A stretch of 63,728 bases of DNA, counting the filler, from Octopus bimaculoides (taxonomy: Eukaryota), in NCBI RefSeq assembly GCF_001194135.2. It is 4 parts of 3 records of this genome, joined end to end, with 100 filler letters (N's around TTAATTAATTAA, not from the genome) between each part and the next. Parts side by side here need not be neighbours in the genome. Positions count along the whole stretch, not along the records: positions 1 to 24,272 come from NC_068987.1; 3 more parts are not named here. One strand, written 5' to 3'. A model generated the notes under the pieces. It was not told where the DNA came from. It ran no database searches and worked only from the letters and a program-made list of their open reading frames with translations. This document shows, piece after piece, positions 1-11,329 of the stretch (positions are counted from its first letter, which is position 1; each line of letters opens with the position of its first letter). Position numbers and translations under genes: made by a program.

Positions 1-420
1 TTATGACCTTCCAAAGTTGGGGGATACAACTCTGTAGTTATGCCATCAATGTTTTGTAAATATACCACGATGTGAATGATTGTATTTACTTGCACGTGTA
101 TACGTTTGAGAGAGCGAGAGAGGAAGAGGGGGAGAAATGAATAGAGATTGAGAGCAATGTGTATGTTGTTGTCACAGGTCATGTATGTGTGGTTGTGTGT
201 GTTTTTACGTATCTATGTTATGAAAAATAGGTAAAGAATACTGAGATGAAAGTTTAATCTATGACGTTGTATGTATCACTTTCTCTCTTTCTCCCTCTCC
301 CTCTTTTACTCTTACTCTCTATATTTTTATGTTGAGCGCGTGTGTAAGAATGGCGTTCCAGTTATAATAGGCCTCACACAGACACACATTTTCATGTTTA
401 TTATAATAGATAAGATATAT

Positions 421-2477
421 CATCATCATCGTTTAACGTCCGCTTTCCATGCTAGCATGGGTTGGACTATCTGACTGAGGACTGGCGAACCGGATGGCTG
501 CACCAGGCTCCAATCTGATCTGGCAGAGTTTCTACAGCTGGATGCCCTTCCTAATGCCAACCACTCCGAGAGTGTAGTGGGTGCTTTTACGTGCCACCGG
601 CACGAGGGCCAGTCTGGCAGTACTGGCAACAGCCATGCTCAAATGGTGGTTTTTATGTGCAACCTGCACAGGAATCAGTCCAGCAGCACTGGCAACGACC
701 TTGCTTGAATGTTTTGTTCCTATGCCACCAGCACATGTGCCAGTAAGGTGACACTGGTAACGATTACGCTCAAATGGTGCTTTTTATGTGCCACCACCAT
801 GGAAGCCAGACAACTGCTCTGACAGTGATCCTGCTCAAATGGTGCTGTTAGCGCTTCACTGGCACAGGTGATAGTCATCGAATTTGGTTCAGTTTTTATT
901 TCACTTGCCCCAACAAGTCTTCGCAAGCAGAGTTTAGTGTCCAATGAAGGAAGGTTGGCATGGGTGACAGTTCTCGAATTTGGTTCGATTTCGATTTCAC
1001 TTGCCTCAACAAGTCTTCGCAAGCAAGGTTTTATGTCCAAAGAAGGAAAGGTACACATAAGTGGGCTGGCTACACCCCTGGTAAAGGCCACAGGTTATGG
1101 TCTCGTCTTGTCATGTCTTCTCATGCACAGCATATTTCCAAAGGTCTCGGTCACTAGTCATTGCCTCGGTGCAGCCTAATGTTCAAAGGTCATGCTTCAC
1201 CGCCTCATCCCAGGTCTTCCTTGGTCTGCTTCTTCCACAGGTACCTTCAACCGCTAGGCTGTGGCACTTTTTCACGCAGCTATCCTCGTCCATTCTCGCC
1301 ACATGTCCATACCAGCGCAATCGTCTCTCTTGCACACCACAACTGATGCTTCTTAGGTCCAACTTTTCTCTCAAGGTACTTACACTCTGTTGTGTATGCA
1401 CACTGACATTACACATCCATCGGAGCATACTGGCTTCATTCCTTGCGAGCTTACGCATGTCCTCAGCAGTCACAGCCCATGTTTCACTGCCATGTAGCAT
1501 GGCTGTTCGTACACATGTATCATACAGTCTGCCTTTTACTCTGAGCGAGNNNNNNNNNNNNNNNNNNNNNNNNNNNNNNNNNNNNNNNNNNNNNNNNNNN
1601 NNNNNNNNNNNNNNNNNNNNNNNNNNNNNNNNNNNNNNNNNNNNNNNNNNNNNNNNNNNNNNNNNNNNNNNNNNNNNNNNNNNNNNNNNNNNNNNNNNNN
1701 NNNNNNNNNNNNNNNNNNNNNNNNNNNNNNNNNNNNNNNNNNNNNNNNNNNNNNNNNNNNNNNNNNNNNNNNNNNNNNNNNNNNNNNNNNNNNNNNNNNN
1801 NNNNNNNNNNNNNNNNNNNNNNNNNNNNNNNNNNNNNNNNNNNNNNNNNNNNNNNNNNNNNNNNNNNNNNNNNNNNNNNNNNNNNNNNNNNNNNNNNNNN
1901 NNNNNNNNNNNNNNNNNNNNNNNNNNNNNNNNNNNNNNNNNNNNNNNNNNNNNNNNNNNNNNNNNNNNNNNNNNNNNNNNNNNNNNNNNNNNNNNNNNNN
2001 NNNNNNNNNNNNNNNNNNNNNNNNNNNNNNNNNNNNNNNNNNNNNNNNNNNNNNNNNNNNNNNNNNNNNNNNNNNNNNNNNNNNNNNNNNNNNNNNNNNN
2101 NNNNNNNNNNNNNNNNNNNNNNNNNNNNNNNNNNNNNNNNNNNNNNNNNNNNNNNNNNNNNNNNNNNNNNNNNNNNNNNNNNGATAGTGACTCAGCAATT
2201 AGAGCAAGGTCATCAGCATAGAGGAGCTCCCAGGTGCATCCTTCTTGAATTCCCGTTATTGCTTGGAGGAATATGATAAATAAGAGGGGGCTGAGGACTG
2301 AACCTTGGTGGACCCCTACCTCTACCCGGAATTCTTCACTGTACTTGTTGCCAACCCTCACCTTACTGACAGCGTCCCTGTACAGCTCTCACTAACCATT
2401 CATCTATCCCTATTTTTCTCATTGACCACCAGATAAGGGATCGGGGGAACCCTGTCAAAGGCTTTCTCCATGTCAAC
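421..2477 (-). mobile_element. RTE-clade LINE, 5'-truncated (RT C-terminal half + long 3' UTR with (GAT)n tail), interrupted by an N gap
   Basis: Minus-strand translation gives VDMEKAFDRVP, GVHQGSVLSPLLF and ELLYADDLAL (RT motifs), then RRLRWYGHVARM. The 3' end reads ...CCAACCCATGCTAGCATGGAAAGCGGACGTTAAACGATGATGATG at 421. A near-identical copy lies at 20558-21863. Confidence 0.9.
585..870 (-). repeat. ~66-bp degenerate tandem array inside the RTE 3' UTR
   Basis: Units start TTTTAYGTGCCACC at about 585, 651, 717, 782 and 848, each containing ACTGGCAAC and GCTCAAATGGTG. The same array occurs in the copy at ~20725-21000. Confidence 0.75.
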
Positions 2478-2600
2478 AAAAGAGAGATTCTGTCCGTTTG
2501 TGTGTTTGTTTGTCCCATAAAGTGAAAGTAAATGGTTCAAGAGAGGCAACATTAATTATACACAAACCTAAGAGAAACTGGTTGTGGTAAACGTGACACT

Positions 2601-2747
2601 GTCTTCCTTCCTTGGATATTAGTTATACCATCTAATGTCCCATTTAAATTTATGCCTTTACAGTTTCCTATCCTACTTTCTTTTGCCATGAGCATTAATA
2701 AAAGTCAGGGCCAAACACTAAAAGTTGCTGGATTGCAACTTGAAGAA
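2601..2747 (+). pseudogene. Helitron PIF1-like helicase C-terminal fragment
   Basis: Frame starting at 2601 reads VFLPWILVIPSNVPFKFMPLQFPILLSFAMSINKSQGQTLKVAGLQLEE. This matches the Helitron/PIF1 motif VFIPRI..PSD.PF.F.R.QFP..L.FAMTINKSQGQ.L. Confidence 0.8.
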
Positions 2748-2859
2748 CAAACAGAAGTTTGTATATAAAATCCATCTTTTTGCTACTTCAATTATTACAC
2801 GTTTGTCTCATATATAATACACACATACAGGACAAGTAAACCTAAATCTGACTGACTGG

Positions 2860-3260
2860 ACATAGCATTTGTAATTTCATTGGACTATTACTTACTGTTG
2901 CCTTACCTTCCATTCCTGTAATATAGCGTCGGAATTTCGGCACTAACACTGACAGAACACAGCATTTGTAATTTCATTTCGCTCTTACTTACTGATATTC
3001 CTAATAAAAAAAAAATGTCTACTAAAAAAAGACCATCAAAAAATGAACACTAAGCAAATGTACGATGTGCAATGCTCAAATTTGTCTCAACAAAAATTAT
3101 GCGATGGTACAATATTAATTGTGCACTGACACAGCATTTGTAATTTCATTTCACTCTTACTTAATTAGATCATTACTGATATTCCTAATCAAAAAATGTC
3201 TAATTAAAAACAGACTGTCAAAAAACGAACATCAAACACACACATGACACGCAATGCTTT
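2860..3260. repeat. Degenerate tandem duplication (~100-175 bp units)
   Basis: CAYAGCATTTGTAATTTCATT recurs at ~2861, ~2958 and ~3130. The last two are followed by CTGATATTCCTAAT-A(n)-TGTCTA. Confidence 0.7.
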
Positions 3261-3386
3261 TTCTATATGAACAGTGATGTTCTACTTGACCAGCAGCCTT
3301 TTCAGTGCCATCACAGTCAACTGAATTCTGTAAAGCTATTCTTCTACATGATATACCCACTTTTCTAGCTTCTTGGCCTGAGAAAC

Positions 3387-3768
3387 TGAGGCGCAATGGC
3401 CCAGTGGTTAGGGCAGTGGACTCGCGGTCATAGGATCACGGTTTCGATTCCCAGACCGGGCATTGTGAGTGTTTATTGAGTGAAAACACCTAAAGCTCCA
3501 CGAGGCTGCGGCAGGGGATGGTGGTAACCCTGCTGTACTCTTCCACCACAACTTTCTCTCACTCTTTCTTCCTCTTTTTGTTGTACCTGTATTTCAAAGG
3601 GGCCAGCCTTGTCACACTGTGTCACGCTGAATCTCCCCGAGAACTACGTTAAGGGTACACATGTCTGTGGAGTGCTCAGCCACTTGCACGTTAATTTCAC
3701 GAGCAGGCTGTACCATTGATTGGATCAACTGGAACCCTCGACGTTGTAAGCGATGGAGTGCCAACAAC
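3387..3768 (+). mobile_element. tRNA-derived SINE, full length with 12-bp TSD
   Basis: A-box TGGCCCAGTGG and B-box GGTTTCGATTCCC; tail GGAGTGCCAACAAC. TSD GGCCTGAGAAAC at 3375-3386 and 3769-3780. Second copy at 57898-58290. Confidence 0.9.
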
Positions 3769-4124
3769 GGCCTGAGAAACAGTAAAAGTAATTACCCAAT
3801 TAACGATGGATATTACTGCTAGTATATTATAAAAGAGAAGTGAATCTGTCTGCCATCACAACATGTCAAAGGGAGGGAAAAGAGGAGAGGAATCAAAATA
3901 TACATCACAATATATTTATTAGAAGAAAGAAAGCAGAAAAAGTTGATGTTAAGAGAGAAACACAGTGAGTGTGCGTGTGAGGGGGAGGTGATAGATAGGT
4001 AAACTGTTGTCATCATAGTAACTAATGAGACTTTCATTATATAACAATCTACTATTAAAAGAAGGTATGTGCTTGATCAACAAATATTTTTACTGGCAGC
4101 GTTGCAACCGATAAAGATCTAGTA

Positions 4125-4589
4125 CAGGTTGTCATCGACCTTCGACCTATCTGACTTATGACAATTGGTGCACTGATTGACTTAATGACAATTGGCGTGT
4201 CAGCTCCCGGCAGCAATAATATATAGTCTAGTTGAAATCTAATAGGTTTAATTTCTTAAAAAAATTAACATGTCTACAGATGATATCAGCTAACAAAAAC
4301 TTCCCCTAGGTTTGGTTATCAATTGCCTCTGTGTTGGATGACTATCCTGTCATGGAGCCATTGAAGCAACCTTGTTTTTGTTTATAAGACGACTACTTGA
4401 GACTCCAGAATTTTTGACTAATGCCAGTATAATAATATACAAAATGCTGTGTGTGACATTTACCTGAGAATATACCTTAAGAATGTAAAAATATAAAACA
4501 AAGCTATGTAGGCCTAGAGGACGACTTACAACCAAATCGATTTATGACCAATCATTCGGAACCAATTGTGGTTGTAAGTCAACAACCTG
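4125..4589. mobile_element. pogo/Tigger-like MITE
   Basis: TA-CAGGTTGTCATCGAC at the left end and GTC-AACAACCTG-TA at the right end (imperfect TIR, TA TSD). Internal GACTTACAACC/GACTTATGAC subterminal motifs. Confidence 0.65.
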
Positions 4590-5547
4590 TACATATATTG
4601 AAGTTTTAAACAAACTGAAAACTTGCTCAAGAATCAATGCATAAACAGAGAGAGTGAGTATCAAAGAGTTTGGTAAATATATATAGAGAGATAGATTGAT
4701 GGTGATAGATAGAGAGTAGGAGAGTTGTCAATCTAAAAGTCGAGTTATTTCTCATAGCAAATTATATTTTTCTGTTGTTATTTATGAACAACTCTCCAGA
4801 GCAGTAATGTATTTACAGGAAGTTAATTATATGGTTTTACATCCATAAAGTACAACTTGTCAAACTCTAATCGCCAGGGACATATAACCCTTTTTCTACC
4901 TGGAAATAGAAGCTGTCACAGTTCCTTTATCCCTAAGGTGCCACATGCGGCTTGCCAGGGATGTGACCTAATGTTTTTCCAGAATTCTAAAAGAGGGCCT
5001 ATGATTGTACAGGTGTTGCTTAAAGACAGTTCCGGCCAAACCAATGTTTCTCCAAACTTGAATGCTGGTAGTATTATTGCCTCTGGTGTTTCTTCTATTG
5101 GCCCCAGGCCTGCTGCTGCTGTTGTTGTTGCTGCTGCCTTTGTTGAAGCTACTGTTGGTGCTGTTATTACAGGGCATGGAAGCATACACAATTAAATGGA
5201 GACTCTTAGAGCAATCAGTCTTATATGAATGGGAGCAATGACACAAGCTTTGCATAGTAGAGTGGGCAAGGATCCTAAAAAATTTACTTGATTTACTTTT
5301 AAACTCCAGAAATGAGATCTACAGCCCTTGTCTGTATTTTAAATGCTACCTACTGCAGGCGTGGGATTCCCCATTTGTTGATTAGGGCCATATAAAAATA
5401 ATTGCAGACTGAAATCATCCTAAAGGCAGAGATTCCTCGTTTAGTGATTAGGTCTGTAAAAATTTGCTGACCAGACTGATTCAAAGGTGATAACCCATCT
5501 CACTTAAGTCTCAGACAATGTCTTTTTTCAATGTTGTTGCTGTTGTT

Positions 5548-5703
5548 ATTATTATTCAGGTCACTGCTTGGAATCGAACTTGGAATCTTGGGGTTAGTAG
5601 CCCGTGCTCTTAATCACTACACCATATGGTGTAGTCGTTAAGAGCACGGGCTACTAACCCCAAAGTTCTGAGTTCTATTCCAAGTAGTGACCTGAATAAT
5701 AAT
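5548..5703. mobile_element. Palindromic head-to-head pair of short tRNA-like SINE units
   Basis: Axis CTACACCAT|ATGGTGTAG at 5625/5626. Each arm reads TGGTGTAGT.GTTAAGAGCACGGGCTACTAACCCCAA...TTCCAAG.AGTGACCTGAATAATAAT (tRNA-like A box, stem-loop and B box, then an AAT tail). Confidence 0.8.
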
Positions 5704-5887
5704 TTTTTTTTTTCTTTAGAAAACTAATTGACTGTAATGGTTTCTATCGCCAGTTTGAAAAGAGGTCATATGTCCATGGCCATTGGAGTCCGATGAGTCA
5801 TCTGTAAGGCTAAGAGCTTTATGTATGCAAAACCATTGGTCACTCTATGACCAGCCATATAATTAACATCTTGTAAATATATATATA

Positions 5888-7091
5888 TGTAGTGAAACTA
5901 CCTATCGTCACTAGATACAAAACTGCTATCGCCATTCTTCTCATTTAAATATAAACAAACGCGAACGTAGGGGAAAACATTAAACTTGTCATCACGTGAC
6001 TGATCATTATTCGAATCGGCAACTTCTTAGAACCGTTCCCGCCAGAACGCAAACTGNNNNNNNNNNNNNNNNNNNNNNNNNNNNNNNNNNNNNNNNNNNN
6101 NNNNNNNNNNNNNNNNNNNNNNNNNNNNNNNNNNNNNNNNNNNNNNNNNNNNNNNNNNNNNNNNNNNNNNNNNNNNNNNNNNNNNNNNNNNNNNNNNNNN
6201 NNNNNNNNNNNNNNNNNNNNNNNNNNNNNNNNNNNNNNNNNNNNNNNNNNNNNNNNNNNNNNNNNNNNNNNNNNNNNNNNNNNNNNNNNNNNNNNNNNNN
6301 NNNNNNNNNNNNNNNNNNNNNNNNNNNNNNNNNNNNNNNNNNNNNNNNNNNNNNNNNNNNNNNNNNNNNNNNNNNNNNNNNNNNNNNNNNNNNNNNNNNN
6401 NNNNNNNNNNNNNNNNNNNNNNNNNNNNNNNNNNNNNNNNNNNNNNNNNNNNNNNNNNNNNNNNNNNNNNNNNNNNNNNNNNNNNNNNNNNNNNNNNNNN
6501 NNNNNNNNNNNNNNNNNNNNNNNNNNNNNNNNNNNNNNNNNNNNNNNNNNNNNNNNNNNNNNNNNNNNNNNNNNNNNNNNNNNNNNNNNNNNNNNNNNNN
6601 NNNNNNNNNNNNNNNNNNNNNNNNNNNNNNNNNNNNNNNNNNNNNNNNNNNNNNNNNNNNNNNNNNNNNNNNNNNNNNNNNNNNNNNNNNNNNNNNNNNN
6701 NNNNNNNNNNNNNNNNNNNNNNNNNNNNNNNNNNNNNNNNNNNNNNNNNNNNNNNNNNNNNNNNNNNNNNNNNNNNNNGTGGTACACGGAACAGTTCTCA
6801 AAGGGAAACTGGACCGAGACAAATTATTGGGTATGAGTTAAAGCTATTTATAACAAACTATTGGCTCACCAGATGGTAGAAATATACTCTATCACGTGAC
6901 CTTATTAGGGGCCGTGATTGGTCAGTTTGCGTTCTGGCGGGAACGGTTCTAAGAAGTTGCCGATTCGAATAATGATCAGTCACGTGATGACAAGTTTAAT
7001 GTTTTCCCCTACGTTCGCGTTTGTTTATATTTAAATGAGAAGAATGGCGATAGCAGTTTTGTATCTAGTGACGATAGGTAGTTTCACTACA
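5888..7091. mobile_element. Young DNA transposon with perfect >=169-bp TIRs (TGTAGTG...CACTACA), inserted in (TA)n; interior mostly gap
   Basis: 5888-6056 is the exact reverse complement of 6923-7091. Both ends are flanked by (TA)n. Confidence 0.85.
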
Positions 7092-7185
7092 TATATATAT
7101 ATTTTTTTATTCTTTTATTCTTTCACTTGTTTCAGTCATTTGACTGTGGCCATATTGGAGCACCACCTTGAGAGATATATATGAT

Positions 7186-7219
<34 letters not shown>

Positions 7220-7228
7220 GTATAAATA

Positions 7229-8499
7229 CAGGGTGCAGTGAATAAATTGTTGTCTAAATTATGCAAAAATGAAAATAACACTGACATCTCATTTTAACAG
7301 ATATATTTACAAAAATTACATAAGAATATCTTGAAATACTAAAGAATAGATTTATTCAACAAAATCATCATTGGCTTCAACCACAGCCTTCAGACGACTT
7401 CAGAATCTCCTGCAACTCTTCTAGATGGTCTCCTTGTTTCAGTTTGTGAATGCTGCCATAATTCTTGTCTTCAGTTCATCTTTGGTGTTACAAGGAGATT
7501 TGTTGGTTTCTCGCTCAACTACGCCCCACACATAATAACCAAGGGGATTGCAGTCTGGAGAGTTAGATGTTAGGGGTAATGTGGTTGCAGAAATTGTCTG
7601 ACAGCCATGACTGGGTTCTCCTGCTTGTGTGGCATGGTGCAGAGTCCTGTTGCCAGACATGGGGGTCTTCCAGCAGCCACCTCCTTAACCCAGGGCAGCA
7701 GTACCTCTTCCAGGCACTTGATGTAGGCCTCCATGTTGTGTCTGAGGCCATGTGGGAAGTTGAATGGAGGTATAACATTGCCATCACTAGTGATCACTCC
7801 AAACACCATGATGCTGACTGGGTGTTTGATTTTTTATCACTCTCAGTACATGTTTTGGAGACACAGCAAGCAAACGGTTGTTCTGTGTGTTCACCATCTG
7901 ATCCTGGCAGAAATTTTTCTCATCTGAGAAAAACTAAAGCATGTTTAGTTGGAGGGGATGCTTAAGTTTGTTGTTCAAAAGCTTCATAGTGCAGTCTTTT
8001 CTCTTGTCTTTGATGGCTTGGGATAAAAATTGGCCCTTTCTCATCTTGTGTGAGGAATACCAAATGTCTTCGTGCACTACCTGCCTGATAAGAAACTCAG
8101 ACACTCCCATGTCCCTGGTGATGGACCTGACTGACTTGGAGGAATCTTTGTCAATCATGGCCTGGATCTCACCAACAAATTCAGGAATTCTTTTCTTATC
8201 AGAACAAGCTGCCATACCTTCATAATCAGCATTAGACTCATCCAACTCTTACTGAATCCTCTGCACTATCCTCAGATTGACACCCAAACACTCTGAAACA
8301 TTCGTGTTGGTGCTTCCAGCATGAATGCCAAGCAGTACAGCATATTGTTTCCAAATTTCTGGCGGAGTGAATTGTGTCATGGTGCTGTTTTTCTCACAGA
8401 CAATGCCCAACTGACTCTACTATACAGTGTAGTCAACAAAATCATAAACAAATAATATGCATGCATGAAATTAAAAATATAAAATAGCAACACACCCTG
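7229..8499 (-). mobile_element. Tc1/mariner element, DD37D (maT)-type, with disrupted transposase
   Basis: TA-CAGGGTG...CACCCTG-TA termini. Minus-strand fragments give FFSDEK, WQQDSAPCHTS and NSPDCNPL(G)YYVWG; 37 residues separate the second D from the third catalytic position. Stops and frameshifts are present. Confidence 0.88.
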
Positions 8500-8505
8500 T
8501 ATATA

Positions 8506-8835
8506 TATATTTCGGATGGTATTTTTCTATTTTTTGTACCAAATAAACACATGCATTATATACCTGTTCTTCACTTTAGCTTTATCATTGTTCCTATTTT
8601 AGTGTCCTTTATCACACATCCTGTGACCTCTTCAGTGACTCTCCATTCCATGTGTCTCCTCCTATCTTGTTTAGTTCATTTTGTCAGTCACTGAAGAGGT
8701 CAGAGGATGTGTGACAAAAGATTTCAAGCAAAGAACACAAAAATAAGAACAATAATAAAGCTGAAGTGAAGAACAAGTATATAGTGCATTTGTATATTTG
8801 GCACAAAACAAAAAAAAAGAACATCCCAAAATATA
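8506..8835. mobile_element. Fold-back MITE-like inverted repeat (arms 8506-8640 and 8686-8835)
   Basis: ...CACACATCCTGTGACCTCTTCAGTGACT pairs with AGTCACTGAAGAGGTCAGAGGATGTGTG.... Pairing continues outward (TTCTTCACTTTAGCTTTAT / ATAAAGCTGAAGTGAAGAA). Confidence 0.75.
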
Positions 8836-8876
8836 ACAATATTTGTTTCGACACATTATCACACCAGGAATCTTGC

Positions 8877-8949
<73 letters not shown>

Positions 8950-9059
8950 ATATACATTCTTTTATTCTTTTAATTCATTTCAGCCATGTGGTAATGCTGG
9001 AGCACCACAATGATTTTGTACTTTTACATGTCATTCTTCTTTGGTTGATTTTCCCTTAG

Positions 9060-10095
9060 TTGTTGGTTCATTTGGTATATGAGGGAAATTGGCACTGCTG
9101 CCCTTATCTACACTGCATGCGAGGCTGTTGGTTCATCCTGTGTTGTGAATAGGAGAATATTCAGTTCCTTTTTGAAGACATCTATGTCCACATTATGTAT
9201 ATTTAAATTTTTTCTGCAGGGCATTGAGGAATCTATTGCAGTACCTGGTCCTGACATTAGATGGGATGGATGGTACCTTAGGTACAATGCAATGGTGTCC
9301 AGTTCAGGCATTTGTATGTTACTTGATGTTGAAATTAGGTACTAGACTTTCCAGAATTTTCCATATTTAGATTATTGCATATCTGTCACATCTTCACTCC
9401 AGGGAGTAAAGTATCTTTTTCAGCCTCTCCCTGCAGTTCATCTGCTGCACTGTTACAATCTTATTAGTGTAGTGACATTGGACCACTTCAAGTTTTACTA
9501 TTAGTTTGGTGCTATGTGGTGACCACAGATGAGAGCAGTAGTCCAGGCAATTGACGACAAACGTCCTGTACAGGGTCACCATGACATCTCGGTCTCTTGT
9601 CTTGAAGGACTTTAGTATCTATCCTGCCACTTGTCTGTACTTTGTTGCCATCTTGGTAATGTGCATATGAAATGATGTATCATTACACATATTGATTCTC
9701 AAGTCTCCCACTGCTTGTGACTCTCTGATTGCAGTGCTTTCAAATCCTGTATATGCAGGCTGCAGTGCATTTGTGAGCTGAGAGTGCAGTGCTTGAAATT
9801 TTCCAGCATTAAACTGCATGTTGTTTTCTTCAGCCCATTTGTATGTTGCCTTTAGGTCCCTCCATAAGCTTGTGTTCTTCTGGATTCTTTATTGCCTGTA
9901 ATAATTTTGTATCATTGGCATAACTAGTGACAGTGGCTGTCTGAGTGACTATGGGTATGTCTAAGAGTGCTACTATAAACAGTAACAGCCCCAGGACAGT
10001 TCCCACGGGGATGACACTCAAGAATTTGTTTTTCCTCAGAGAGGGCCTCATATATATATGGTTACATATACATGTATATGCCAACCTCTCTTTCA
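9060..10095 (-). mobile_element. CR1/L2-like LINE RT fragment (degenerate)
   Basis: Minus-strand fragments: PVGTVLGLLLFIVALLD...SYANDTK (PQGTVLGP.LF / ADDTK) and LYRTFVVNCLDYCSHLWSP. Confidence 0.8.
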
Positions 10096-10096
10096 T

Positions 10097-10615
10097 TGGA
10101 CACTAAACTCTGCTTGCGAAGACCTGTTGGGGCAAGTGAAAACATAATTGAACCATACTCGATGACTGGCACCTGAGCCAGTGGAGCACTAACCGCACTG
10201 TCCGAGCATGTTCATTGCCAGAGCAGTTGTCTGGCTTCCGTGCTAGTGCTCTGTAAATAGCACCATTTGAGCGTAATCATTACCAGCGTTGCCTTCTAGC
10301 ACTTGTGCTGGTGGTACGCTAGAAAATCATTTGAGTGAGGTCATTGCCAGTGCCGCTGGACTGGCTCCTGTGCAGGTGGCATGTAAAAAACACCTTTTTG
10401 AGCGTGGCCATTGCCAGTACCGTGTGACTGGCCCTCGTGCCGGGGGCACGTAAAAGCAACCACTACACTCTCGGAGTATTTGGCGTTAGGAAGGGCATCC
10501 AGCTGTAGAAACTCTGCCAGATCAGATTGGAGCCTGGTGCAGCCTTTTGGCTTGCAGTCAAATTGTCCAACCCATGCTAGCATGGAAAGCGGACTTTAAA
10601 CGATGATGATGATGA

Positions 10616-10618
<3 letters not shown>
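10097..10618 (+). mobile_element. RTE LINE 3' UTR fragment with (GAT)n tail
   Basis: Reverse complement of the 421-950 region. Ends CATGCTAGCATGGAAAGCGGACTTTAAACGATGATGATGAT. Confidence 0.85.
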
Positions 10619-10650
<32 letters not shown>

Positions 10651-11329
10651 ACAGTTACATGTAGTTGTTGATATGCCATACTTTGTTGAGACAGATTAAA
10701 GTCTGATTGTGAGGTATCACCAAGTGTGTAATGGGTATGGTTTGAAGACAAGAAAGTAATAGTCTAACTGGTTTTTATTTTACTGTTAAACTATAAAAGC
10801 AACTGCTTTGAGTTGTATAAAGATTAATTGAAGTTCTGTCGTCCATTTCATTAGTAGTTGTGTTCATCTGTGTGACAGCTTGGAAATGGATGGAAAAATG
10901 AGAGAGAAACAGTAACAGAATTTACCTCTTTGGGTTGACAAGTAGAGAGGGTAAAAATTAAGTAGTCCCTCAGTGATATGCTATAGGTGCTCCTTTAGTC
11001 AGGCACCAAGTGAAACACATACACACTCACACACACATGAAAGGTGCTGGAAAGTTCCTGGATACAAGGGTATCGTGAAAGGCCTGGTTGGAGGCCCAAC
11101 CTTCTGAGTTCTTTTACAGGCCTTAGGAAAACTGAAGGACTGCTGCAATAAGTGTGTGAATCTGAGAGGGGAATATGTTGAATAAAATCATAATTTGAAG
11201 TTGAAATATGTCACAAGCAGATTTTAACTAGCCTGTTTATTTGTATGACAACTGTCTTAGGAAAAAAGTGTTTTTGTTTTTTGAGATATATTTGTCAAAT
11301 TTGAGTCAGTTTGTCTTCATGGTATGTTC

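Noticed and set aside
585-870. CRISPR-like repeat/spacer appearance (~66-bp period)
   Set aside because: The repeats are degenerate and the spacers are similar to one another. The array is part of an RTE LINE 3' UTR present in other copies, the context is eukaryotic, and there are no cas genes.
1097-2221. Long ORFs spanning N runs (also 5945-6841, 33414-34718, 47128-47810)
   Set aside because: Artefacts of translating gaps as X.
3387-3470. tRNA genes at SINE heads (also 5626-5690, 39617, 57898, 62874)
   Set aside because: They have A/B boxes but no complete acceptor stem. They run into SINE bodies with tails and TSDs.
4530-4586. Apparent 57-nt minus-strand exon (CAG|GTTG...GGTT|GTAAGT; LLTYNHNWFRMIGHKSIW)
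   Set aside because: It lies entirely within the terminal region of the Tigger-like MITE, so the splice-like signals are TIR sequence.
5888-7091. CACTA (EnSpm) assignment because of CACTA/TAGTG at the ends
   Set aside because: The orientation is reversed: the left end reads TAGTG and the right end CACTA, whereas CACTA elements start with CACTA.
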